Shown here in pieces: positions 53,505 to 61,663 of a stretch of 64,000 nt of DNA. The notes beneath the pieces are model-generated. The model did no database searches, had not been told where the DNA came from, and saw nothing but the letters and a program-made list of their open reading frames with translations. Where the stretch lies: NCBI GenBank assembly GCA_963748265.1, contig CAVVIG010000009.1, positions 332,661-396,660 of the forward strand, written 5' to 3'. The position numbers and the translations under genes are program-made. How positions within the stretch are numbered: the stretch's first letter is position 1; each line of letters starts with the position of its first letter. Origin of the DNA: an uncultured Acidobacteriota bacterium (GTDB lineage: Bacteria > Acidobacteriota > Vicinamibacteria > Vicinamibacterales > CAVVIG01).

Positions 53505-54616
53505 ATGCTGTCCCGCCTCCGCACCGCAGGCCTTGCTGACATCGCCGAGAAGCTCGACGCGCGTGTCCGGCTCGACCTGGCGGATGGCGTGCGGCTGTTC
53601 GACGCGCCCGACCTGCTCGCCGTCGGCTGGCTCGCGAACCGCGAGCGCGAGCGGTTGCACGCGGGCGCGCACCTACTACAACTACAACATCAGGCTCGAG
53701 GCGACGAACGTGTGCGTCGCCAGCTGCCTGTTCTGCTCGTTCGCGCGTCTGAAGCCGGGCGATACGGGCGCTTACACGATGTCGCTCGACGAAGCCTGGA
53801 ACAAGCTGCGGCAGCGCAGCCACCAGCCGCTCACCGAGGTCCACGTCGTCAACGGGCTGCATCCCGATCTGCCGTTCGACTACTACACGGAGCTGCTGCG
53901 CGGCTTCAAGCGGATCCGCCCGGGCATTCACCTGAAGTGCTTTACCGCGGTCGAGATCGCGTTCTTCGCGGATCTCTACGGGAAGACCGACGAGCAGGTG
54001 CTCGTGGAGCTGCGCGAAGCCGGGCTCGACTCGCTCCCCGGCGGCGGCGCGGAGATCTTCGCGCCGAGCGGTGCGCAAGAAGCTGGCGGCCGACAAGTGC
54101 GATGCGGATCGCTACCTGGCCATTCACCGCACCGCGCACCGCCTCGGCATGCGCACGAACGTGACGATGTTGTACGGGCACATCGAGACGAGCGAAGAAC
54201 GGGTGGATCACATGCTGCGCTCCCGCGCGCTGCAGGACGAGACGGGCGGATTCCAGGCGTTCATCCCGCTCGCGTTTCACCCGGACCACAACCAGATGCG
54301 CAAGCTGCCGGCGCCGACCGCGACCGATTCGCTGCGCGTGCACGCGGTCGCCCGGCTGGTGCTCGACAACATCCCGCACATCAAGGCGTACTGGATCGCG
54401 ACCGGCGTCGACGTCGCGCAGACCGCGCTCTGGTTCGGCGTGGACGATCTCGACGGCACCGTGCAGGAAGAGACGATCTACCACATGGCCGGGGCGAAGA
54501 CGCCGAACGCCATGACGCCCCGCCAGCTCGAACGCCTGATTACCGCCGCCGGCCGCGAGCCGCTCGAGCGCGACACGCTCTACAACGTCATCAGATCCAG
54601 CGCCGTCGCGAGCTGA
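53505..54616 (+). CDS. Radical-SAM futalosine-pathway enzyme (MqnE aminofutalosine synthase / MqnC cyclase family); 2 frameshifts
   Basis: LADGVRLFDAPDLLAVGWLANRERERLH / TYYNYNIRLEATNVCVASCLFCSFARLKPGDTGAYTMSLDE (C-x3-C-x2-C)...VHVVNGLHPDLPFDYYTELLRGFK...HLKCFTAVEI / TNVTMLYGHIETSEERVDHML..LQDETGGFQAFIPLAFHP. MqnC and MqnE cannot be separated by eye. Confidence 0.75.
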
Positions 54617-54676
54617 CGCGAAGGCTGCAGGCTGCAGAGTTCTGCTGTCTGCCCCCGCCTGCGCCAACTGAGCTGC

Positions 54677-54717
54677 CTGATCCCCGCTTACTGATCCCCG
54701 ATCCCTGATCCCTGATC
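54677..54717. repeat. Intergenic tandem repeats (CTGATCC/CGATCC)n upstream of nadA
   Basis: CTGATCCCCGCTTACTGATCCCCGATCCCTGATCCCTGATC. Positions 54698-54716 are the exact reverse complement of 27985-28003. Confidence 0.8.
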
Positions 54718-54737
54718 TCGGGCGATATACTGAAGGT

Positions 54738-55898
54738 GTGACGATGCTTCCGGTCCTCACGGAGTACGAGAAGAGCCACCTGTCCGAGCGGCAGGCGCTG
54801 CCGGATAAGTACGTCGGCTTGTCGGACATCGAGATGGACGCGCGCATCCAGGCGGCGAAGGCCGCCCTCGGCTCCAGGCTCGTCATCCTCGGCCATCACT
54901 ACCAGCGCGACGAGGTGATCAAGTTCGCCGACTACACCGGCGACTCCTACAAGCTCTCGAAGCAGGTCGCGAACCACCCGGACGCCGAGTTCATCGTCTT
55001 CTGCGGCGTGCACTTCATGGCGGAGAGCGCCGACGTGCTCAGCGGGCCGCAGCAGCAGGTGATCCTGCCGGACCTCGCAGCCGGGTGCTCGATGTCCGAC
55101 ATGGCCGATCCCGAACAGCTCGAGATCTGCTGGCGCGAGCTCGGGCAGATGGGCGTGATCGAACCGACGCCGGAGGGCGCGCTCGCGTCGGTGATTCCCG
55201 TCACCTACATCAACTCGTCGGCGGCCATCAAAGCCTTCGTCGGCGAACGCGGCGGCGTCGTCTGCACGTCGTCGAACGCTGCGGCCACGCTGCGCTGGGC
55301 GTGGGAGCGCGGCGAGCAGATCCTGTTCCTGCCCGATCAGCACCTCGGGCGGAACACCGCCTACAAGATGGGCGTGCCGCTCGACGAGATGGTGGTGTGG
55401 GATCCGAACGAGGCGTGGGGCGACCTGGAGCCGGAGGCAGTGAAGCGCGCGCGCATCATCCTCTGGAAGGGGCACTGCTCGGTCCACACGCGCTTCACGG
55501 TGCGGCAGATTGAACAGCTGCGTCAGCAGCATCCCGGCATCCGCGTGATCGTCCACCCGGAAGTGCCGTGGGAAGTCGTGCAGGCCGCTGATGATTCGGG
55601 ATCGACCGAGTACATCATCAACCAGGTGAAGTCGAGCCCGGCCGGCTCGGTCTGGGCTGTCGGCACCGAGGTGCACCTCGTGAACAGGCTCGCTGAGCAG
55701 GTGGCGCCTTCGAAGACCGTCCACTCCCTGGATCAGTTCGGCTGCCTGTGCTCGACGATGTTCCGCGTCTCGCCGAATCATCTGGTGTGGGTGCTCGAAG
55801 GGCTACTCGCCGGCGAGGTCCACAATCGCATCGTCGTCCCCGAGGAGCAGAAGCACTGGAACCGGGTGGCGCTCGATCGCATGTTGTCGATCCGCTAG
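54738..55898 (+). CDS. nadA: Quinolinate synthase (long form)
   Basis: Intact 386 aa: [27 protein letters not shown]...[16 protein letters not shown]...CSMSDMA...[13 protein letters not shown]...VCTSSNA...[13 protein letters not shown]...[12 protein letters not shown]...GSTEYII. The start may be ATG 54744. Confidence 0.9.
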   Translation: MTMLPVLTEYEKSHLSERQALPDKYVGLSDIEMDARIQAAKAALGSRLVILGHHYQRDEVIKFADYTGDSYKLSKQVANHPDAEFIVFCGVHFMAESADVLSGPQQQVILPDLAAGCSMSDMADPEQLEICWRELGQMGVIEPTPEGALASVIPVTYINSSAAIKAFVGERGGVVCTSSNAAATLRWAWERGEQILFLPDQHLGRNTAYKMGVPLDEMVVWDPNEAWGDLEPEAVKRARIILWKGHCSVHTRFTVRQIEQLRQQHPGIRVIVHPEVPWEVVQAADDSGSTEYIINQVKSSPAGSVWAVGTEVHLVNRLAEQVAPSKTVHSLDQFGCLCSTMFRVSPNHLVWVLEGLLAGEVHNRIVVPEEQKHWNRVALDRMLSIR

Positions 55899-55968
55899 CT
55901 TCCCGCTACGATTCCTTTTTCGACCGACTCTGGTCGACGTGCCCGAGACCGACGAGGAGGACAGCCCG

Positions 55969-56568
55969 ATGGCTCATTCGCTTCCGCCGCTTCCCTACGC
56001 CTTCAACGCGCTCGAGCCTCATATCGACGCGCGCACGATGGAGATTCACCACGGCAAGCACCACCAGGCCTACGTCACCAACCTGAACGCCGCGCTCGAC
56101 AAACATCCCGAGCTCCACAAGAAGACGATCGAGGAGCTGCTGGGCGGCATCAACAGCGTGCCCGAGGACATCCGCCCTGCCGTCCGCAACAACGGTGGCG
56201 GACACGCGAACCACACGATGTTCTGGGAGATCATGGGACCCGGCGGCGGCGGTGCGCCGAGCGGTGCGATAGCTGACGCCATCAACAGCTCGTTCGGCAG
56301 CTTCGACAAGCTGAAGGAAGAGGTCAAGAAGGCGGCGGTCGGGCGCTTCGGCAGCGGCTGGGCGTGGGTGATCGACAGCGGCGGGAAGCTCGCGGTGGAG
56401 AGCACGGCAAACCAGGACAGCCCGATCATGGAAGGCAAGAAGGCTGTGCTCGGCATTGACGTCTGGGAGCACGCCTACTACCTCAATTACCAGAACCGCC
56501 GCCCCGACTACATCGACGCGTGGTGGAACGTGGTCAACTGGGCCGCAATCAACACGAGACTGAAATAG
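55969..56568 (+). CDS. sodA: Fe/Mn superoxide dismutase
   Basis: [40 protein letters not shown]...[11 protein letters not shown]...FGSGWAWV...[22 protein letters not shown]. Confidence 0.9.
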   Translation: MAHSLPPLPYAFNALEPHIDARTMEIHHGKHHQAYVTNLNAALDKHPELHKKTIEELLGGINSVPEDIRPAVRNNGGGHANHTMFWEIMGPGGGGAPSGAIADAINSSFGSFDKLKEEVKKAAVGRFGSGWAWVIDSGGKLAVESTANQDSPIMEGKKAVLGIDVWEHAYYLNYQNRRPDYIDAWWNVVNWAAINTRLK

Positions 56569-56581
56569 TTTTGCCTTCTGG

Positions 56582-56598
56582 CTTCGGGTCATCCGAAG
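56582..56598 (+). terminator. Short hairpin after sodA (weak terminator candidate)
   Basis: CTTCGG-gtcat-CCGAAG lies 14 nt after the sodA stop. No U-tract is present. Confidence 0.25.
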
Positions 56599-56611
56599 TA
56601 CAGTTGGATGT

Positions 56612-56740
56612 TGTGGGTTGCACCGCGGTCCGGATCCTGTGCAATGCCAGACTGCGAACCGCGTCAGGGCCGGAAGGCAGCAGCGCTAAGCAGACCCTGA
56701 CATGTGCCGCAGGTTCTTCCGGATCGCGGTGCAGCCCACG
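56612..56740 (+). ncRNA. ffs: Signal recognition particle RNA (small bacterial 4.5S type)
   Basis: The domain IV core GUCAGGGCCGGAAGGCAGCAGCG..AAGCAGACCCUGAC matches the E. coli 4.5S core GUCAGGUCCGGAAGGAAGCAGCC. The closing helix pairs CCGCGGUCCGGA (56623-56634) with UCCGGAUCGCGG (56718-56729), and UGGGUUGCA with UGCAGCCCA. It occupies the classic position immediately upstream of dnaX. Confidence 0.75.
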
Positions 56741-56754
56741 ACCCGCCCTCTGAG

Positions 56755-58560
56755 ATGTCCTCCTACAAGGTCATAGCCCGCAAGTGGCGGCCGCAGCGCT
56801 TCGACGACGTCGTCGGGCAGCAGGCGGTCACGCGGACGCTGCGCAACGCGATTTCGAGCGGACGCCTCGCGCACGCGTTCGTGTTCGCGGGCCCGCGCGG
56901 CGTCGGCAAGACCACGACCGCGCGCATTCTTGCGCGTGCGCTGAACTGCCAGCGCCAGGACGGCCCGACGCCGGACCCGTGCGGCGTCTGCGATGCCTGC
57001 ACGGAGATCGCGGAAGGGCGCGACATCGACGTCCTCGAGATCGACGCGGCCACCAACACCCAGGTGGACAAGGTGCGCGAGGTCATCATCGAGGGCCTCT
57101 CGATCATGCCGGTTCGCGACCGCAGGAAGGTGTTCATCATCGACGAGGTGCACCAGCTGTCGTCGTCGTCGTTCAACGCGCTGCTGAAGTCGATCGAGGA
57201 ACCGCCGCCGCACGTCGTCTTCATGATGGCGACGACGGAGCTCGAGAAGATTCCCGAGACGATCCTCTCGCGCTCCCAGGTCTACGAGCTGCGGATGATC
57301 GGCACCAAGCAGATTGCCGATCAGCTCCGCCGGATCGTCGACGCCGAGAAGATCGAGGTGAGCGACGAGGCGCTGCAGCTGATCGCGCGCGACGCCGACG
57401 GCAGCATGCGCGACGCGCAGAGCAAGCTCGATCAGGTGATCGCGTTCACCGGCGCCACCATCACTGCAGACGATGTCGGCACGGTGCTGGGGCTGGTCGG
57501 TCGCGATCTGCTGCTCGGGACGCTGCAGGCGGTCGCGGACGAAGACGCGGTATCGGCGTTCACGCTCGCGGGGCGCGCCGTCGAAATGGGCTACGACCTG
57601 CGTCTGGTCTGCCGCGAGCTCTCGAGGATGGTGCGCGACCTGCTGGTGCTGTCGGTCGATCCGTCGCGCGTCTCCGATCCGGAGATCGCGGGCGAGTCCG
57701 AGCGCGATCGGCTGCTCGCGTTGTCGAAGCGCTTCTCGCGCGAAGACCTGCTCCGATCCTTCGATCTGCTCACGCGCACGGAAGCGGACATCAGGGCCGC
57801 GGCGCAGCCGCGCTATCACCTCGAGATGGCGCTGCTGCGATGGATCCACATGCGAAAGCTGGTGCCGATCGAAGATCTCATCCAGTCGGCCGCGGCCGGC
57901 ACGTCCGGCGGGCGCCCGGCGTCAGCTGCCTCGCCGGCCCGGCCCGCATCTGCAGCCGGCGCATCGGGGGCGGCGGCGACGCGGTCCGCCGGCGCGGGCG
58001 CGACGACCACCGGGGCGGCCACCACTGGCGGGCGTCCAGCGGCGTCGACGCCAGCGCCATCAGTGACGCGTGCGGTGCCGCCGGCGCCTGCGAAGGGGCC
58101 TGTGCCATCGGCACAGAGCGCGGCCAGGACCGAGCCAGCCGCAGCGTCAGGCACCGAGCCGCGCGGCTCGCTCGACGGGGCGGCGCTCCGTGACGCCGTG
58201 CTCGCCGAGGCGAAGCGAAGCAGTCCCGTGCTGTACAACACGGTCATCGCGCAGGCGCAGCGGCTCGAGATCGTCGGCGACCGCCTGCGCCTGACCTACG
58301 CGGCTTCGCAGAAGCCGGGGCCGGCGTTCGAGAAGTACCGTTCCGCGCTCGAAGGGGTCGCGTCGAAGCTCGCCGGCAGGAAGATCAGCGTCGAAGCCGA
58401 CATGTCGGGCGCCGACGCCACCGATGCAGCATCCGGCGGCAAGGCTGCGGCCGATCAGGAACGGAAGACGGCGCTGAAGGAGCAGGCGATGGCCGACGCC
58501 GGAGTGCAGGCGCTGCTCGAAGTGTTCCCGGCGGAGATCCGCGACGTCGAGGAAATGTAG
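56755..58560 (+). CDS. dnaX: DNA polymerase III subunits gamma/tau
   Basis: Intact: MSSYKVIARKWRPQRFDDVVGQQAVTRTLRNAISSGRLAHAFVFAGPRGVGKTTTARILA...CGVCDAC...VFIIDEVHQLS...FNALLKSIEEPPPHVVFMMATTE, followed by an Ala/Pro/Gly-rich tau linker. Confidence 0.9.
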   Translation: MSSYKVIARKWRPQRFDDVVGQQAVTRTLRNAISSGRLAHAFVFAGPRGVGKTTTARILARALNCQRQDGPTPDPCGVCDACTEIAEGRDIDVLEIDAATNTQVDKVREVIIEGLSIMPVRDRRKVFIIDEVHQLSSSSFNALLKSIEEPPPHVVFMMATTELEKIPETILSRSQVYELRMIGTKQIADQLRRIVDAEKIEVSDEALQLIARDADGSMRDAQSKLDQVIAFTGATITADDVGTVLGLVGRDLLLGTLQAVADEDAVSAFTLAGRAVEMGYDLRLVCRELSRMVRDLLVLSVDPSRVSDPEIAGESERDRLLALSKRFSREDLLRSFDLLTRTEADIRAAAQPRYHLEMALLRWIHMRKLVPIEDLIQSAAAGTSGGRPASAASPARPASAAGASGAAATRSAGAGATTTGAATTGGRPAASTPAPSVTRAVPPAPAKGPVPSAQSAARTEPAAASGTEPRGSLDGAALRDAVLAEAKRSSPVLYNTVIAQAQRLEIVGDRLRLTYAASQKPGPAFEKYRSALEGVASKLAGRKISVEADMSGADATDAASGGKAAADQERKTALKEQAMADAGVQALLEVFPAEIRDVEEM

Positions 58561-58609
58561 CCGACGGGTCTTTAGACCCGTCGTTCAGTGATCCGTCCGG
58601 GAGCTGACG

Positions 58610-58909
58610 ATGAACTTCCAGCAGATGCAGCAGATGATGAAGCAGGCGCAGCAGATGCAGGAGCGCCTGCAGAAGGAGATGGCCGAAGTGCGCGTCGAGG
58701 CGAGCGCCGGCGGCGGCATGGTGACGGTGGTCATCAACGGCGCGAAGCAGCTGCAGTCGCTCAAGATCGATCCCGAGGTCGTGTCGAAGGACGATGTGGA
58801 GATGCTGCAGGACCTGATTGTCGCCGCGGTCAACGACGCGCAGCGCAAGGCCGACGAGGAGATGCGCCAGAAGATGGGCGGGATGCTGCCGCCAGGTTTC
58901 CCGATCTGA
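58610..58909 (+). CDS. ybaB: Nucleoid-associated protein YbaB/EbfC
   Basis: [58 protein letters not shown]...[10 protein letters not shown]. Confidence 0.9.
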   Translation: MNFQQMQQMMKQAQQMQERLQKEMAEVRVEASAGGGMVTVVINGAKQLQSLKIDPEVVSKDDVEMLQDLIVAAVNDAQRKADEEMRQKMGGMLPPGFPI

Positions 58910-58911
58910 CG

Positions 58912-58975
58912 TTCGAGATCTTCGTGACGTGCGCTTCGCCTTCAGATTATCGATTGACGATTGAAGAATAACGAT
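58912..58975. repeat. ybaB-recR spacer repeats (TTCGAG-TCTTCGTGAC motif, then CGATT x4)
   Basis: TTCGAGATCTTCGTGAC (58912-58928) is nearly identical to TTCGAGTCTTCGTGAG at 60277-60292. It is followed by GATTATCGATTGACGATTGAAGAATAACGATTCGA. Confidence 0.65.
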
Positions 58976-58980
58976 TCGAC

Positions 58981-59577
58981 GTGTCCCTCCCAGAGCCTCT
59001 GATCCGCCTGATCGAAGAGCTGCAGCGCCTGCCCGGCATCGGCCCCAAGGGCGCGCAGCGGCTCGCGTTTCACGTGCTGAAGGCGCCGCGCGAGCAGGCC
59101 GAGAAGCTTGCGGCGGCGATCCACGAGCTGAAGGATCGCGTCACCTACTGTTCGGTGTGCAACAGCATCACCGACATCGACCCGTGCGCGTTCTGCACGA
59201 GCCCGGACCGCGACCGTCACCTGGTCTGCGTTGTCGAAGAGCCGCAGAACGTCTCGGGGATCGAGAGGACGCGCGAGTTCAAGGGGACCTATCACGTGCT
59301 GATGGGCGCCATCTCGCCGCTGCAGGGCATCGGGCCCGACGAGTTGAAGATCAAGGGGCTCGTCGCACGGATCGGCGAGGGGCAGATTACGGAGGTCATC
59401 CTCGCGACGAACCCGAACGTCGAAGGGGAGACGACCGCGCTGTATCTCGCGCGCCTGCTGAAGCCACTTGGCGTCAAGGTGACGCGCATCGCCGTCGGCG
59501 TGCCGGTCGGCAGCGATCTCGAGTACGCCGACGAGTGGACCATGCACAAGGCGCTCGAGGGGCGGCGCGAGGTCTGA
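58981..59577 (+). CDS. recR: Recombination protein RecR
   Basis: [22 protein letters not shown]...[16 protein letters not shown] (zinc finger)...[28 protein letters not shown] (Toprim)...[12 protein letters not shown]. Confidence 0.9.
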   Translation: MSLPEPLIRLIEELQRLPGIGPKGAQRLAFHVLKAPREQAEKLAAAIHELKDRVTYCSVCNSITDIDPCAFCTSPDRDRHLVCVVEEPQNVSGIERTREFKGTYHVLMGAISPLQGIGPDELKIKGLVARIGEGQITEVILATNPNVEGETTALYLARLLKPLGVKVTRIAVGVPVGSDLEYADEWTMHKALEGRREV

Positions 59578-59578
59578 C

Positions 59579-60184
59579 GTGATGCTGCCGCAGGGGTTCG
59601 AGCAGCCCGCGGCCATCGCCCTCCTGCTCGGGGGCGTGCTGGCCTGCTTCGCGGGGCATCGACTCTTCCGGATCGTCCTCGGACTCTACGGCTTCATCCT
59701 GGGCGCGATGATCGCCAGCTCGGTGATGGGCGTCGGCAACACCACGGGCATGGTGGTGGCGGCCATCGTCGGCGGCCTGGCCGGCACCATCGTGATGGTG
59801 CTCGCGTGGTTCGTCGGCGTGTCGCTGATTGGCGCCGGCGTCGGCGTCCTGGCGACCCACGTGTTGTGGAGCCAGCTGGCGACCGGCGATCCGCCTGCCT
59901 ACCTCGTGGTCGTCGTCGCGGTGGCGGGGGCGATTGCGGCGGCCTTCGTCCAGCGTTACGTGATCGTCGTCGGTACCGCGTTCGCGGGAGCGTGGACGAT
60001 CGTGCTCGCGGCCACCGCGGCGCTCGAGGCGCGCGGCGCCACGGCGAAGGATTCGGACACAGAGGCCTGGATTCTGTACCCGACGTCGGCGCCGCAGCGG
60101 TGGATCCCGATTGCGTGGATCGCGCTGGGCCTGATCGGCACGGCGGTGCAGCTGGCGACAGCAGGAAAGAAGAAACGAAGGTAA
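59579..60184 (+). CDS. DUF4203-like multi-pass membrane protein
   Basis: A 201-aa hydrophobic ORF (LLLGGVLACFAGHRLFRIVLGLYGFILGAMIASSV...) ending in KKKRR. The family call is tentative. Confidence 0.45.
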   Translation: MMLPQGFEQPAAIALLLGGVLACFAGHRLFRIVLGLYGFILGAMIASSVMGVGNTTGMVVAAIVGGLAGTIVMVLAWFVGVSLIGAGVGVLATHVLWSQLATGDPPAYLVVVVAVAGAIAAAFVQRYVIVVGTAFAGAWTIVLAATAALEARGATAKDSDTEAWILYPTSAPQRWIPIAWIALGLIGTAVQLATAGKKKRR

Positions 60185-60197
60185 GCAGTCCAACAAC

Positions 60198-60292
60198 GTC
60201 ACGAAGCCCACGAAGCCACGAAATCCAATCAGCCTGGCGCGAACCTGGCAACACACCCGATAGGACTCTTCGTGACTTCGAGTCTTCGTGAG
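60198..60292. repeat. Inverted/tandem CACGAAG / CTTCGTG repeat set upstream of osmC
   Basis: GTCACGAAG-CC-CACGAAG-C-CACGAAA (60198-60223) and CTTCGTGAC-TTCGAG-TCTTCGTGAG (60268-60292). GTCACGAAG and CTTCGTGAC form a perfect 9-bp inverted repeat separated by 61 nt. Confidence 0.7.
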
Positions 60293-60319
60293 AAAACGTT
60301 CCGCGAGAAGGAGAGTGTC

Positions 60320-60757
60320 ATGGCGACTTTCGAGCGTCACGTCGAAGTGAACTGGCAGGGCGGTCTGATGGACGGCAAGGGCGAGGCGAAGGCGGGCACG
60401 GGCGCGTTCACGCTGCCGGTCACATTCGCGTCGCGCATACAGGAGCCGGCAGGCAAGACGAGCCCGGAAGAACTCATGGCCGCGGCTCATGCGGCGTGTT
60501 ACGCGATGGCGCTCAACGCCACCCTCGGACGCAAGCAGGCGTCGGCGGAGCGGACCGTCGTCACGGCGAAAATCAGCGCGGACCTCGGCACCGGCATCAA
60601 GATCGAGTCGTCGCACCTGTCGGTGACGGTGCACGGGTTGAAGGGGATCGAGGCGTCGCAGTTCGAAGCCGTCGCGCAGGAGGCGGAGAAGGCGTGCCCG
60701 GTCAGCAACGCGTACCGCGGGTCGCTGAAGATTACGCTGGACGCGAAGGTGGCGTAA
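60320..60757 (+). CDS. osmC: OsmC-family peroxiredoxin
   Basis: MATFERHVEVNWQGGLMDGKGEAKAGTGAFTLPVTF...TSPEELMAAAHAACYAMAL...AEKACPVSNA (the two conserved Cys). A GAAGGAGAG Shine-Dalgarno sequence lies upstream. Confidence 0.85.
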   Translation: MATFERHVEVNWQGGLMDGKGEAKAGTGAFTLPVTFASRIQEPAGKTSPEELMAAAHAACYAMALNATLGRKQASAERTVVTAKISADLGTGIKIESSHLSVTVHGLKGIEASQFEAVAQEAEKACPVSNAYRGSLKITLDAKVA

Positions 60758-60761
60758 GACC

Positions 60762-61524
60762 GTGCTGATTCCCCGGGAGCATGGCGCGTACGGCCAGCTC
60801 CTGTTCCCGGCGGTCTCCGCTCTCCTCGATCGGCCGCCCGTCGGCTGCGGCGTACCTGCTTGCCGCCGCCGGAGCGGCCGCCTTCATCGCGCACGAACCT
60901 TTGCTCGTGCTGCTCGGACAGCGGGGAATCCGTGCCGCGCGCGAATTGCGCGCCGACGCGCGGCGATCGCTCGCGGTTTCGGGCAGCATCGCCGTGGTGG
61001 CGGGGGTCGCTGCGTGGCTCCTGATGCCGGGCGCCGCCCGCAGTGCGCTGATCGTCCCGGTCGTTCTCGCAGCCGCCGCCGGCGTCGTCGTCGCTGCTGG
61101 ACTCGAGCGCACCACGGCGGGCGAGATCCTGGCTGCCGTGACGCTGGTGTCGCTGTCAGTGCCTGTCGCGCGGGCGGGAGACGTCGCGACCGTAGCGGCA
61201 TGGACCGTGTTCGCGGTGTTCGCGGTCGTCTTCGTGAGCGCGACGCTCGCCGTGCGTGCGCTGATCGGGCGGACGGCCAGGTCGGGCGGACCGCCGCCGC
61301 TCGTGGCCGCACTTGTGACGATGGCGGGTCTCGTCGTGCTGGGAGGGCTCGCGTTGACCGGGCGTCTCGCCAGCGTGGCGCCGTACGCGGCGCTGCCGGT
61401 CTGCGCGGTTGCGCTGGGGCTCGGCATGTCGCCGCCATCGCCGCGTCACCTTCGCGCGATCGGCTGGACGCTGGTGGCGGCGACCGCGTTGACTGCGATC
61501 ATGCTCGTTGCCGCGCTGAGGTGA
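60762..61524 (+). CDS. YwiC-like membrane protein; one frameshift near 60825
   Basis: VLIPREHGAYGQLLFPAVSALL (the typical YwiC-like N-terminus), then in the next frame AAAYLLAAAGAAAFIAHEPLLVLLGQRG... and several further transmembrane segments. Confidence 0.5.
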
Positions 61525-61663
61525 TGTCCCCCCCCCGGTAGCTCATCAACCCAATCGCGCCGGCCTGCCGAATCCGCATAGGCGAACGTCACGACGCGCC
61601 GCTACCGTGTGGGGTTGACATGCACTGCGACGACCGCAGTCATCGCTACCGGAGGAACTCACC

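Noticed and set aside
56755-58560. Programmed -1 frameshift site for a gamma subunit within dnaX
   Set aside because: I saw no A-AAA-AAG-type slippery heptamer in the relevant region. High-GC lineages often lack this mechanism.
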